In this document: one piece after another, positions 18,215 through 28,815 of the stretch
How the letters are laid out: every line of letters begins with the position of its first letter
Position numbering within the stretch: the first letter of the stretch is position 1
NCBI GenBank assembly: GCA_041664585.1
Contig: JBAYKL010000002.1
Location: forward strand, 13,494-77,493
Length of the DNA stretch: 64,000 nucleotides
From: Minisyncoccota bacterium
GTDB lineage: Bacteria; Patescibacteriota; Minisyncoccia; Phycocordibacterales; GWA1-40-21
Direction of reading: 5' to 3'
Notes under the pieces: model-generated
The model's database searches: none
Told to the model about the DNA's origin: nothing
Seen by the model: only the letters and a program-made list of their open reading frames with translations
Translations under genes and position numbers: made by a program

Positions 18215-20677
18215 CTATATACAAGTCACAGAAGCAATTGAATCCCCTTCTCTTAATTTCATAATTCTAACACCTTGAGTTTGTCTTCCTAGTACAGGCA
18301 CCTCTTTTATTTCAACCCTTATAACCTGACTCTTTTTTGATATTGTAGCTATTTCTTCTTCATTTTCTGTAACAACCATAGAAGAAATTATCTCTCCTGT
18401 CTTCGGTGTAACTTTCATTGTCTTAATACCAGAACCACCACGATTTTGAACTTTGTATTCTTTTAGAGATGTTTTTTTACCATAACCATTTGAGCTTACT
18501 ACCAAGAATTCTGGATTTGTCATTTCTTTTTTAATAATATCGGTACCGACAACGAAATCTGCTTTACCAAGTTTAACACCTCTTACTCCAGCTGCATTTC
18601 TACCCATCACACGTATATCCTTTCCTTTGAATCTTATAGACTGTCCCTTTGATGTCGCAATAATTACTTCATCTGAATCAGTAAGGAAAAGTGCAGACTT
18701 TAATTCATCTCCAGCATCAAGAGAAATGGCAATAAGACCATTTCTTCTTACGTCCTTAAAGCTTTCCGCATCTACTCTTTTTGCTGTTCCATTCTTTGTA
18801 ACTAGAATTAGTGAAAGTTTCGCACTTTTTATCTCCTTAGGCATCACAAGAACAGAAGTTACTTTTTCTTCATTTGATATAGCAAGATAGTTTACGATCG
18901 ATTTACCTTTTGTAGCTCTTTTACCCTCAGGTAATTCATACATTTTTATTTGATATGCCTTTCCCTTATCAGTAAAGAATAGGATATCATTATGTGTTGA
19001 AGCTGTAACAAAGTGAGTAATGAAATCCTCTTCTTTTGTATCAAGATCTACAACACCAACGCCACCTCTCTTTTGTTTTTTGTATTCGTCTGGATTTGTT
19101 CTTTTAACATATCCTCCTGAAGTAAGCACGAGCATACTCTCTTCGTCGGCAATCAAATCTTCCTCGGAAAGAGCCACTACACCACCTTTGATAACCTTTG
19201 TTCTTCTTTCATCTCCATACTTTTCTTTTATTTCAGCAAGTTCAGCTTTGATTATTTGAACGATTCTTTTTGGTTTAAACAAAATGTCTTTCAAATCCTC
19301 TATGAGAGCTTGAACGGCTTTTAATTCATCCTCTATCTTCTTTCTTTCTAGACCAGCAAGTTTCTGCAAGCGCATTTCAAGAATTGCATTCGCCTGTATT
19401 TCAGAAAACTTAAACACCTTCATAAGTTGTAGACGTGCATCATCTACATCTTTTGATTTCTTAATGAGTTTTATAATCTCGTCTATATGATCAAGTGCTT
19501 TTTTGAGACCAAGTAAAATATGTTCTCTAGCCTCTGCCTTTTTCAAATCATATTCTGTTCTTCTTTTTACAACAATTTTTCTATGAGAAATAAATTCATC
19601 TAAAAATGTTTTTAGAGAGAGAGTTTTTGGAACACCATCAACAAGAGCCACTAAGTTAAAGTGAAATTTTTCTTCAAGCTGAGTGTGTTTGTATAAATAA
19701 TTTAGTACACTTTGTGGTTGAGCACCATTCTTAAGATCTATTGCGATACGAATATCTTTTGTAGATTCATCTCTAAGACCTTTTATACCTTCCACCTTCT
19801 TTTCTCTTACTAATTCAGCAATTGCAATAATAAGTTCAGCTTTATTTACTCTATAAGGGATAGAGGTAACAATTATTTGGAATTGTCCTTTTTTGTCTTC
19901 CACTATCTCGGCATGACCACGAGTAACAACCCCCCCTCTACCAGTAGCATAGGCATGACTGATATCTGATTGATTAAAAATCATTCCACCAGTTGGGAAA
20001 TCTGGGCCTTTTATAAATTGTAATAAATCTTCTGTTGTTGCGTCTTCATTGTCTATTAGGTGTACGGTGGCGTCTACAACTTCATTTAAGTTATGTGGTG
20101 GAATATTTGTAGCCATACCAACAGCGATACCAAGTGTTCCATTTAAAAGAAGATTCGGTGCAGCAGCAGGAAGAACTGATGGTTCTTTCTTTGTGTTGTC
20201 ATAGTTTGGATGCCAATCAACGGTTTCTTTTTCAAGATCCTTGAGCATTTCTCCAGAAATCTTAGACATCTTTGCCTCTGTATACCTCATAGCAGCAGCT
20301 GAGTCTCCATCGATGTTTCCGAAGTTACCTTGTCCTATAATAAGAGGATATCTGAAAGAAAAATCCTGTGCCATCTTTACCATAGAGTCATAAACAGCAA
20401 CATCACCATGTGGGTGATAATTACCAAGCACTTCTCCCACAACTGCAGCAGATTTTCTTGTTTTTGCTCCGGAAGTGAGATTCATCTGGCCCATAGCGAA
20501 AAGAATTCTTCTGTGTACAGGCTTAAGACCATCTCGAATATCAGGGAGAGCACGCTGTGTAATAACAGACATGGCATAGTCCAAATATGACTCCTTCATT
20601 TCAGTTATGATATTTCTATCTGAAAGCAATCGATGTTCAGTATTTATTTCCTTTTTCTCTTCTTTTTCTTTCGCCAT
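18215..20677 (-). CDS. gyrA: DNA gyrase subunit A
   Basis: [32 protein letters not shown]; GyrA-box QKRGGVG; CTD repeats. Confidence 0.97.
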   Translation of the reverse strand: MAKEKEEKKEINTEHRLLSDRNIITEMKESYLDYAMSVITQRALPDIRDGLKPVHRRILFAMGQMNLTSGAKTRKSAAVVGEVLGNYHPHGDVAVYDSMVKMAQDFSFRYPLIIGQGNFGNIDGDSAAAMRYTEAKMSKISGEMLKDLEKETVDWHPNYDNTKKEPSVLPAAAPNLLLNGTLGIAVGMATNIPPHNLNEVVDATVHLIDNEDATTEDLLQFIKGPDFPTGGMIFNQSDISHAYATGRGGVVTRGHAEIVEDKKGQFQIIVTSIPYRVNKAELIIAIAELVREKKVEGIKGLRDESTKDIRIAIDLKNGAQPQSVLNYLYKHTQLEEKFHFNLVALVDGVPKTLSLKTFLDEFISHRKIVVKRRTEYDLKKAEAREHILLGLKKALDHIDEIIKLIKKSKDVDDARLQLMKVFKFSEIQANAILEMRLQKLAGLERKKIEDELKAVQALIEDLKDILFKPKRIVQIIKAELAEIKEKYGDERRTKVIKGGVVALSEEDLIADEESMLVLTSGGYVKRTNPDEYKKQKRGGVGVVDLDTKEEDFITHFVTASTHNDILFFTDKGKAYQIKMYELPEGKRATKGKSIVNYLAISNEEKVTSVLVMPKEIKSAKLSLILVTKNGTAKRVDAESFKDVRRNGLIAISLDAGDELKSALFLTDSDEVIIATSKGQSIRFKGKDIRVMGRNAAGVRGVKLGKADFVVGTDIIKKEMTNPEFLVVSSNGYGKKTSLKEYKVQNRGGSGIKTMKVTPKTGEIISSMVVTENEEEIATISKKSQVIRVEIKEVPVLGRQTQGVRIMKLREGDSIASVTCI

Positions 20678-20700
20678 GGATTTTATTTGAATAAATTATT

Positions 20701-21348
20701 TTAAATATTTGCTGACAAAACAACAACCTCACCTTCCTTACCATCTAAATCTTTCTTCTTAATTGTAAGCTTGTCTATCGGTTTAACATTTTCTTCTCCA
20801 GCTTCTTTCAAATATTTCTTTAAAGCATCCTTATTACCAACATCACCGAAGTGCATTGGGATAATTATTTTAGGTTCTATTTCTACAGAAAGTTTTTCTG
20901 CTTTTACTGCATCAATTACTCCATCATCTCCAATCGGCAAAAAAAGTATATCTACATCTCCCAACGCTTCTTTTACCTCACTTGAAAGATTAATATCTGA
21001 AAGTGCACCGAGGAAACAAAGGTTCATGTTTTCAAGAGTTACAGAATAAATTGTATTTACTCTTTCTTTCCCCCCGTAATTAGACTTCGAACCGAAACCC
21101 TTTATAAAAATATCTTTTACCTCGTATTCTCCAGGGCCCGTTATAACAAAAGGCTCCTTCCCATTATAGGAAAGATTCTCAGATCCATTCATATCTGGGT
21201 TATTGATGCTTACCAAAGCAATATCTGCAAAAAAACGAGATGACTTAAATTTTGACTCTTTTGAAATCGGATTAAAAGCGAGGGTGGTATCGCCAAATTG
21301 AACCTTAAAAAATTCCACTCCTTGATAAGTGATGATCATATATGACAT
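20701..21348 (-). CDS. Metallo-beta-lactamase-fold protein (degenerate metal site)
   Basis: GPGEYEVK, VDILFLPIG, EPKIIIPMH. Confidence 0.8.
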   Translation of the reverse strand: MSYMIITYQGVEFFKVQFGDTTLAFNPISKESKFKSSRFFADIALVSINNPDMNGSENLSYNGKEPFVITGPGEYEVKDIFIKGFGSKSNYGGKERVNTIYSVTLENMNLCFLGALSDINLSSEVKEALGDVDILFLPIGDDGVIDAVKAEKLSVEIEPKIIIPMHFGDVGNKDALKKYLKEAGEENVKPIDKLTIKKKDLDGKEGEVVVLSANI

Positions 21349-21415
21349 ATTATATCATTTCTAAAGGCTTAAGCAACACAGAAAAAATGAGCTTATATTT
21401 TCCATCTGGATAAAT

Positions 21416-21985
21416 TTACATAACACAGCGAACAGATTGTGGGGACGTTTTATTAACAGTTAATATCTTATTAAGGGTGCGATTAAAAAAATAAGCAAAC
21501 ATTACGCCAAACTCATCACTAGTCCAATATCTAACATTCTGAAAAGTTGCCCCGGCCAAGAAAATTTCTTGTTTTGATGGTAATCTCCAGCCTTCACCCA
21601 ACCCATGACAATAAGCAACAGCAGAATCCCAGGTCATACTGCGATTAGGGTCCGGGGTTTGCCAATTTACCACCACGTATGAAGCACACGGTTCCACCGA
21701 ACACACAGTAATTGTATCAGTCAACAAAGGATAGTATGAGAGACTCGCAGATACTGAGCTTATAAAAGATTTGACTACCAAACTATTTATATTTACTGGA
21801 AATCCTCCTGTATCTGTAGCGTATAGCTGCAATGCACTTTTTACTTCATGTAAAGACACGTTAGCTGCTGCGGTCTTACTTCTCGCTCTAACACTACCAG
21901 CAGAAGAAAGCACAATAGATGACAAAAAAGAAATAATAGAAATAACAACCAGAAGCTCAATTAATGTAAAACCCTTTTTGTTCAT
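21416..21985 (-). CDS. Type IV pilin-like protein with C-terminal DUF1566/Lcl (C-type-lectin-fold) domain
   Basis: KKGFTLIELLVVISII prepilin site; WDSAVAYC, WRLPSKQE, YWTS, VRCV. Confidence 0.8.
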   Translation of the reverse strand: MNKKGFTLIELLVVISIISFLSSIVLSSAGSVRARSKTAAANVSLHEVKSALQLYATDTGGFPVNINSLVVKSFISSVSASLSYYPLLTDTITVCSVEPCASYVVVNWQTPDPNRSMTWDSAVAYCHGLGEGWRLPSKQEIFLAGATFQNVRYWTSDEFGVMFAYFFNRTLNKILTVNKTSPQSVRCVM

Positions 21986-22056
21986 TAAATTAATTATACC
22001 AGATTTTTATAAGTAACAAAAAACCGAGCAATATTTTCATACCACTCGGTTTAAAT

Positions 22057-22458
22057 TCATTGTATTTCCTTATCTGGAAACCACTTTTTTGTTTTGGCAA
22101 CACGGTGGTTTCTGAGATCATCGAGAATCATCTCGATGAGACCCAAACTAATGTAAGTGGACTCATCTAACACTGGCTTCTCTATCAAACCCATTATGTG
22201 ATTAACAAAACCCTCACCAGAAGAGCTATGCTCCCCAAAATGATGAGCCGTCTCAAACAGCTCTCGAACACCTTCTAATACCTTCCTTTCATTTCTAAAT
22301 GGGAATTCAGAGGTGAACAATGTCCTGAGATTATCTTGTGAACCAGTGGTGATGACGAAGAAAAATCCGCCACTACCACCCTCTTGCCCAATAATAATCT
22401 CAAGATCAGCCTGATTCTTTAAAATTTCAAAAGCAGTAGACTTCTTCAACCCAAACAT
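22057..22458 (-). CDS. Hypothetical protein
   Basis: 133-aa ORF with upstream GGAAAGG and TTGACA, no recognisable motif. Confidence 0.6.
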   Translation of the reverse strand: MFGLKKSTAFEILKNQADLEIIIGQEGGSGGFFFVITTGSQDNLRTLFTSEFPFRNERKVLEGVRELFETAHHFGEHSSSGEGFVNHIMGLIEKPVLDESTYISLGLIEMILDDLRNHRVAKTKKWFPDKEIQ

Positions 22459-22681
22459 ATTTGTAACCTTTCCAAATTTTAACCTATCCGCCTCATAGTA
22501 AATACCATTTAGTCATATTTGTCAATCCTTTACAACATCAAATATTCCTGTATTATTTCCCTATTAATAGCGGTTGCGCATTAAGATAATCTCGGTCATC
22601 AGAAAACACTAGATTTGGAAGATGAACGAACCTTATTGAGCAAAAACAAATGTGTCCGCCACAAGCGGATTTTTAATTATT

Positions 22682-23797
22682 ATGAAAGAAAAAAAAGTAA
22701 AAGTAGTTGATCCAGCAGTTGAAGAAGCTGCGAAGATTAAAGCAAATAGCGTGATGTCAAAGTTTTTCAATGACACCAAGAACCCTCCAGTAGACGGAGA
22801 AGTCGTTGAAGGAAAAGTTATTGGTATTGAAAAATCAAGAGTATATGTAGACTTACAACCATACGGAACAGGTCTTATATATGGTAAAGAATTCATCACA
22901 GCAAGAGACGTTATCAAGAAATTAAACATCGGAGACACTGTATCTGCAAAGGTTGTAGATGCAAATGGTAGAGATGGTTATATTGAAATTTCACTTAAGG
23001 AAGCTAGACAAGCCCTTATTTGGGATGAGGCTGAAAAAGCTATCAAAGACAAAACAATATTTGAAATCCTTGTAAAAGAAGCAAACAAAGGAGGTCTTAT
23101 GATGGAATGGCAAGGTATTGTTGGTTTCTTACCAGCATCTCAACTTAAAGCTGAACACTATCCAAAGATAGATGATGGAGATAAAGATAAGATTATAGAT
23201 GAATTGAAAAAACTCGTTGGTCAAAAGATTGCTGTTGCAATAATCACAGCTTCACCGAAAGAAGGTAAGCTAATATTCTCAGAAAAGAATATTGAAAAGA
23301 AAGAGAAGCAGAAAATGGCAAGCAAATACAATGTTGGTGATGTCCTAGATGGAGAAATCACTGGTACAGTAGACTTCGGAGTATTCGTAAAGCTTGAGGA
23401 CGGACTAGAAGGACTTGTACATATTTCAGAAATTGACTGGGCACTTGTAGAAGATCCAAAGACATTATTCAAATCTGGAGATAAACTTAAGGTAAAAGTA
23501 ATAGAAGTAAAAGACGGAAAAGTTTCACTTTCTATTAAAGCACTCAAAACAAATCCTTGGGTTGAAGCAGAAAAGAAATATAAGAAAGGTGACGAAGTAG
23601 AAGCTGTTGTTATCAAATTCAACAAATACGGCGCACTCGCAAGTATTGAAGAAGGAGTAGCAGGACTTGTACATATTTCAGACTTCGGTGGAGAAGCTAA
23701 AATGAAAGAGAAGATTAGCTTAGGTAAAAGCTATACTTTCAAAATAAATCTTTTTGAAGCTAAGAATCAAAAGATGGGATTGAGCTTTGTAAAATAA
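22682..23797 (+). CDS. rpsA: 30S ribosomal protein S1 (four S1 repeats)
   Basis: S1 repeats GFLPASQL, FGVFV...EGLVHISEI, GLVHISD. Confidence 0.88.
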   Translation: MKEKKVKVVDPAVEEAAKIKANSVMSKFFNDTKNPPVDGEVVEGKVIGIEKSRVYVDLQPYGTGLIYGKEFITARDVIKKLNIGDTVSAKVVDANGRDGYIEISLKEARQALIWDEAEKAIKDKTIFEILVKEANKGGLMMEWQGIVGFLPASQLKAEHYPKIDDGDKDKIIDELKKLVGQKIAVAIITASPKEGKLIFSEKNIEKKEKQKMASKYNVGDVLDGEITGTVDFGVFVKLEDGLEGLVHISEIDWALVEDPKTLFKSGDKLKVKVIEVKDGKVSLSIKALKTNPWVEAEKKYKKGDEVEAVVIKFNKYGALASIEEGVAGLVHISDFGGEAKMKEKISLGKSYTFKINLFEAKNQKMGLSFVK

Positions 23798-23809
23798 AAT
23801 TACTAGCAC

Positions 23810-23846
23810 AAAAAAACAGGTCTTGCAAAGCAAGACCTGTTTTTTT
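23810..23846. terminator. Bidirectional terminator
   Basis: A7-CAGGTCTTGC-aaa-GCAAGACCTG-T7. Confidence 0.85.
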
Positions 23847-23856
23847 GTATATTTAT

Positions 23857-24396
23857 TTATTTTTTAGCTGCTTTCTTTTTAGCAACAACGACTTTCGCCT
23901 TTGGCTTTTTATCTGCAACTTTTACCTCTGCTTTCTTTTCCTTAACTTCAACAGGTTTTGAAGCTGGTTTTGACATAAGTTCAATTGATTTTACCAAAGC
24001 ATCTAATTTCATGCTTATAGCTTCCAACTGTTTCTTTACGCCATCATCACTTCCTCTGTTTGCGCTAGGAGCGAAATCATTTCTCGCTGGTCTTCCAGCA
24101 TCGAAACTCTTTCTTGGGAATCTATCTCCTCCTCTGTCTCCAGATTCTTTCTTTCCTCCAAAGCATTCATTACAGTAAACTGGCTTTCCTTCTGTTGGAC
24201 GAAAAGGAACTTCGCAAGGTTTGTGACATTGGTCACAAGTAGCTTGGTGCATAGTGACAGGACCTCTGTCTCCACCAAAACCTCCTCTGCTACCTCCAAA
24301 GCTTGATCTGCCTCCATCTCTTCTTCCCCCTCCGAATCCACCTCTACTACCTCCACCAAAACGGCTTCCTCCTCCTTCTCTTCTAAATTCTCCCAT
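23857..24396 (-). CDS. CxxC-x17-CxxC zinc-finger protein with RGG-rich N-terminus
   Basis: MHQATCDQCHKPCEVPFRPTEGKPVYCNECF; RGG tract; Lys-rich tail. Confidence 0.85.
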   Translation of the reverse strand: MGEFRREGGGSRFGGGSRGGFGGGRRDGGRSSFGGSRGGFGGDRGPVTMHQATCDQCHKPCEVPFRPTEGKPVYCNECFGGKKESGDRGGDRFPRKSFDAGRPARNDFAPSANRGSDDGVKKQLEAISMKLDALVKSIELMSKPASKPVEVKEKKAEVKVADKKPKAKVVVAKKKAAKK

Positions 24397-24471
24397 ATAA
24401 ATATTTATATTAGTTAATTATGATAATACAAGATTATGCACTATTTTTGATAAAAAAGCAAGAGCCAGAAA

Positions 24472-25932
24472 CTATTTATCCAAATCTAGAATATGATCAA
24501 TGCGTATCTTACTCACAAAGTCAGGTACGTGGCTTACTACAATCATCGCTCCTTCATATTTGCTTAGGGCCTCGGCAATCACAGGAATGTGACGAAAATT
24601 AATATGATTTGTGGGCTCATCAAGAATAAGAAGACCTGGTTTTTGTAAAACAAGTCTAGCAAAAGCCACAAGACCTTTTTGTCCTTCAGACAAATCCCCT
24701 ATTTTATTACTCATTGATTCTGCTTTTATAAGAAAACCAGAAGCTACGCCCCTCACTGTTTCTTCAGGAATTTTTTCATCTACTTCAGAGAGAGACTTTA
24801 AAACAGTGTCCTCAAAATTAAGAGTAGAAAAATCTTGTCTATAATATCCAATTATTATTCCAGGGGCTATTTTTGTACCTTCTGCTTCGTTCTTTGCAAT
24901 CGATTCTAAAAGAGTACTCTTACCAATACCATTTGGACCAACAAGTAAAAGATGTTGATTCTTCTTCAACTTCATATTAGCCTTTCTTTGTACTGGCTTA
25001 TGATTTTTGAAAGTCTTAAAGGACGATATACTTACAATTTCTCCCAGAATATCTTTCTGCGCAGGAATTATAAAAGGTCTAATTGTTTTGTCCTCCTTTC
25101 TTGTATCTACAATATCATCTTCAAGCTCTTCTGCTTTTTCTCTCATTCTTTTTGCAACCATACGCATCTGTCCTCCTTTCATCGCAAAGAAGTTTGCTTT
25201 ATCTTTATTTTCTTGGATCTCTTTTGCAAGCTGAGCATTCTTTCTGTTTTCTTTTTCCTGACGGATAGTAATTTGTTCACGAACATCAAAATAGTTTCCT
25301 ACATACTGTTCAATCTTTCTTGTATAAACATCGAGATATAAGACCCCATCAGTAAAGCTATTCAAAAACTCTGCATCGTGAGAAATTACTATACATGTTT
25401 TTTTATATTCAATTAAAAACTTAGTTAGATGTTCTATCCCCGCCTTGTCCAAATTATTTGTCGGCTCATCGAGAAGAAGTAAATCTGGACTTTGTATAAG
25501 TGCTGAAGCTAAGAGAAGTCTTGCTTGCTGACCACCAGAAAAAGCTCTCATTTTTCTTTCATGTATTTTTTCATGACCTTTCAAATTTACCACCTCAAGT
25601 ATTTCATCTATTTTTACATCGATATCATATTTCTTTTCTTTGAAAGATTTCTGAAAGAATTCTCTTACGGTAAGATCAAGGTCGTCTCTGGGAATAACCT
25701 GACGAGAGATTGCAATAGAAACACCGTTTACTACATTGATATTGCCGTCTGTAGGCTCCAGAGCTCCTGTGACAAGCTTAAACAAGGTGCTTTTACCAGA
25801 ACCATTCTGTCCCATAATAGTAGTCTTCGTGCCACGACGAATAGAAAAATCCACCTCACTCAAGAGGGGTCTATTATCCGAGTACCCAAATGATACTTTT
25901 TCAAATCTAAGTATTGATTCGTCTTTTGCCAT
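24472..25932 (-). CDS. ABC-F family ATPase
   Basis: Two NBDs (GQNGSGKST, GPNGIGKST; LLDEPTNNLD, ILDEPTNH), no TMs. Confidence 0.9.
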   Translation of the reverse strand: MAKDESILRFEKVSFGYSDNRPLLSEVDFSIRRGTKTTIMGQNGSGKSTLFKLVTGALEPTDGNINVVNGVSIAISRQVIPRDDLDLTVREFFQKSFKEKKYDIDVKIDEILEVVNLKGHEKIHERKMRAFSGGQQARLLLASALIQSPDLLLLDEPTNNLDKAGIEHLTKFLIEYKKTCIVISHDAEFLNSFTDGVLYLDVYTRKIEQYVGNYFDVREQITIRQEKENRKNAQLAKEIQENKDKANFFAMKGGQMRMVAKRMREKAEELEDDIVDTRKEDKTIRPFIIPAQKDILGEIVSISSFKTFKNHKPVQRKANMKLKKNQHLLLVGPNGIGKSTLLESIAKNEAEGTKIAPGIIIGYYRQDFSTLNFEDTVLKSLSEVDEKIPEETVRGVASGFLIKAESMSNKIGDLSEGQKGLVAFARLVLQKPGLLILDEPTNHINFRHIPVIAEALSKYEGAMIVVSHVPDFVSKIRIDHILDLDK

Positions 25933-25983
25933 TCACTAGAGGATACTTTATTTTTGATAAAATAGAAAGGGATATAATCAAAA

Positions 25984-26916
25984 CTAAATTCTCGATTCAA
26001 AGAACTCCTCTACCGCTTGAGAAGTAAAGAAAGCTGCTCTTTCTATAAAATTATTTCTTAATACTGGATTCTGCATAAAATCTTCGTATATATAAGCATA
26101 CTCAATAAGTACGCTCAAAGAATCTGATGTATTGTAACTACCTAAGGCTATAAGTTCTTGATCTTCAATAACCCCAGCGCTTTCCTCTTTCATTGTACTT
26201 ACCTTTTGCACCTTGGATATTTCATCCTTTAAGTCATTGGCCAAAATTTTACTTGATGTTGAATTAGAATATTGTTTTTCTGGTACATATATAGAAAAAC
26301 CTTCGTAATTTGGTTTACCTTTGTATTTTGGATTATCATTGAAATGCAAGTGTATTGCTATATCAATCTTGTTATCTGCACTCCACTTATTTATTCCGTA
26401 CAAAAATACTGCAGAATTCAAAGGAGCAGTAGAATGTCCCATCTTTGCATTTACTATATTAAACTTCCCACTATCGACGAGCTTAAACATCTCGTCTTTC
26501 ATACTTTTTACCCAAGACAAAATTCCATCTCTATTACTATTTACATATTTTTCTAAATCTGAATTCCAACCATTAAAATTCCTTGAGGTTATAATCTCAA
26601 ACTTTTTATTCTCCCCTAAAATACCCTTAATCTTTTCAGATATTAATAGATTCAAGTCTCTTTCTTTCAACATCCCGTATTCTGAACCTCCAAAATTTGG
26701 TTCATGACCGGGCACTAACAATATCTTTATCTTTTTATGATCTTCATTACTTTTATATTTCTCAACCAAATCTTTTACGCTAATACCCATAGAAAAAAAG
26801 GCCGCCGCTTGGTTTTTTATTTTCCATAAATATGGAGTTATAGAATTTCTTGTGCTATAGAAAAATACAACACAAAGAAGAACAACTAACCCAGAAATTA
26901 AAATCTTTTTCATCAT
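25984..26916 (-). CDS. N-acetylmuramoyl-L-alanine amidase (Amidase_3)
   Basis: LLVPGHE, ERDLNL, IHLHFND, VLIEYAYI zinc motifs. Confidence 0.85.
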   Translation of the reverse strand: MMKKILISGLVVLLCVVFFYSTRNSITPYLWKIKNQAAAFFSMGISVKDLVEKYKSNEDHKKIKILLVPGHEPNFGGSEYGMLKERDLNLLISEKIKGILGENKKFEIITSRNFNGWNSDLEKYVNSNRDGILSWVKSMKDEMFKLVDSGKFNIVNAKMGHSTAPLNSAVFLYGINKWSADNKIDIAIHLHFNDNPKYKGKPNYEGFSIYVPEKQYSNSTSSKILANDLKDEISKVQKVSTMKEESAGVIEDQELIALGSYNTSDSLSVLIEYAYIYEDFMQNPVLRNNFIERAAFFTSQAVEEFFESRI

Positions 26917-27314
26917 TAATTATTTATTAATACTAAAACATACTTCATAAAAATCAAAATCCCCACGACAACAGCAACGATAGCTGAAAGTAATACGGCA
27001 CCAGCAGCAACGTCTTTTGTATCTCTAGCATAAGGATGATATTCAGGAGAAGTAAGGTCAATATCTATTTCAATGGCTGTATTAAAGGCTTCGGACACAA
27101 AAACAAAACCACTTACTAATATAAGTATCGCCCATTCAATATTTGTAATATTGAAATAAAAACCTAAAAAGATGACTGCAATAAATAAAACAATATGAAT
27201 CCAAGCATTGTGGGTTGTTTTTATAAAGATCTTTAATCCTCTACCAGCATGAGCAAAACTTTCTTTTCTTTTAATGATTGAGAATCTTTTATTTTCATCT
27301 GACTCGTCTTTCAT
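26916..27314 (-). CDS. dgkA: Diacylglycerol/undecaprenol kinase (DgkA family)
   Basis: EAFNTAIE...D, KDVAAGAVL. Confidence 0.9.
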   Translation of the reverse strand: MKDESDENKRFSIIKRKESFAHAGRGLKIFIKTTHNAWIHIVLFIAVIFLGFYFNITNIEWAILILVSGFVFVSEAFNTAIEIDIDLTSPEYHPYARDTKDVAAGAVLLSAIVAVVVGILIFMKYVLVLINN

Positions 27315-27429
27315 AATTTAATTATAACATAGACACTCAGTCTCTTGGAAATTTAATGGGGTTTAATAATGCAAATTAAACTTGAAATTATTCAATAATT
27401 AAGATATTCTATCAAAACAAGCCAAACAT

Positions 27430-27503
27430 TGGGGGATCGTCTAATGGTAGGACGCTCGCCTTTGGCGCGAAGAATCGGGGTTCGAGTCCCTGTCCCCCAG
27501 CCA
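27430..27503 (+). tRNA. tRNA-Gln(TTG)
   Basis: TGGGGGA/TCCCCCA acceptor, loop CT-TTG-GC, GGTTCGAGTCC, encoded CCA. Confidence 0.94.
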
Positions 27504-27562
27504 ACTCATGCGTAGCTCGAGACGCATTTGAGCTTTAAAAGCTAATTTTAGAAAACATAAAT

Positions 27563-28183
27563 ATGGCATCAAATAATGTTCCCTATATGTCAGCTCCAGG
27601 TTCTATAGTTAAAATTTTAGAAAAAATAAAAGAAGCTGGAACTCCTGAAAACTTTAACGCTGATTTTTTATCAACCAAACTTGGGTTTAAGGGAGGTAAT
27701 TACAGAACCTTCATTTCGTGGGCTAAAAAAGCTGCACTATTAAATAGTGATGGAACACCTACCCAACTTTATAAAAAATTTAGAAACCCCACAACTTCAA
27801 AAAGTAGTTTTGCTCAAGCTATTAGAAATGCATACCCAGAACTTTATTCAAGAAATGAATACTGTCATGACCTCGACAAAAAAGGTTTTAAAGGATTAGT
27901 TATGGAGGCAACGGGTGAAGCACATGATTCTAAAATAGTTGATAATATAGTATCAACTTTCTTCAACGCAAAATCCCTAGCTGATTTTGATAGTAAAATC
28001 GATGCACCATTGGAAGAACCAATTTTGGAGGGAAAAAAAGAAGTTAATGAAACTAATACATCAAATAAAAAAATAAATTTAGGATTAAATTACACTATTA
28101 ATTTAGTTCTCCCTAAAACTGATGACCCTTCGGTTTATAATGCAATATTTAAATCACTTCGAGATAATCTTCTAAAAGATTAA
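27563..28183 (+). CDS. DUF5343-like protein
   Basis: PYM...ILEKIKEAGTPENF, DGTPTQLY, AYPELYSRNE, LNYTINLVLPKTDD...YNAIF resemble this family (recalled, not searched). Confidence 0.7.
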   Translation: MASNNVPYMSAPGSIVKILEKIKEAGTPENFNADFLSTKLGFKGGNYRTFISWAKKAALLNSDGTPTQLYKKFRNPTTSKSSFAQAIRNAYPELYSRNEYCHDLDKKGFKGLVMEATGEAHDSKIVDNIVSTFFNAKSLADFDSKIDAPLEEPILEGKKEVNETNTSNKKINLGLNYTINLVLPKTDDPSVYNAIFKSLRDNLLKD

Positions 28184-28186
28184 TTT

Positions 28187-28765
28187 ATGAACGATGAGTC
28201 AAATATAAAATTATTTGTTTTAGCTAATTCTTTAACTGAGAATAATTTAGATATGGTTGAACATAACCATAATATAGATTTGGGAAGAAAAGAACAAGCA
28301 CCTACTAAAGAGCAAGATTACTATGCTCAATTTGATTCTGTATTCAGGAAAGAAGCAAGAGAAATGTCGAAACACTATGAAGTTTTTTACTGTCTTGAAA
28401 AGTCAATTAGAAATCTTGTTGTGCAATTAATGTTTGAAAAGTATGGTGAAAATTGGTGGGAAGATAAAGTAAAAGAAGATATAAAGAATAATGTTAAAGA
28501 TAATATTCAAAAAGAAATCGAATCTGGTTTTACAGAAAGATCTCAATCTAATATTGACTATACAACTTTTGGGGAATTAACCGAAATTGTAAAAAATAAC
28601 TGGGAAGCATTCTCTGGATTATTTAGGGACGTTAAAGCTTTTTCAAAAATCATGAGTAGTTTAAATCAGTTGCGTGGACCTATTGCACATTGTTGCCCAT
28701 TAGCAGAAGATGAGGCTGTGCGTCTTAATTTGGTAGTAAAGGATTGGTTTAGATTAATGGAATAG
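28187..28765 (+). CDS. Swt1-like HEPN domain protein
   Basis: YCLEKSIR, WW, DYTTFGEL, RGPIAH (Rx4H HEPN motif). Confidence 0.8.
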   Translation: MNDESNIKLFVLANSLTENNLDMVEHNHNIDLGRKEQAPTKEQDYYAQFDSVFRKEAREMSKHYEVFYCLEKSIRNLVVQLMFEKYGENWWEDKVKEDIKNNVKDNIQKEIESGFTERSQSNIDYTTFGELTEIVKNNWEAFSGLFRDVKAFSKIMSSLNQLRGPIAHCCPLAEDEAVRLNLVVKDWFRLME

Positions 28766-28815
28766 GTTTAGATTTTATCTAGTAAAAAAACGTGCATTAC
28801 TAGTATAATAAAATT

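Noticed and set aside
21416-21560. Complete diversity-generating retroelement
   Set aside because: No template repeat or reverse transcriptase found in the window.
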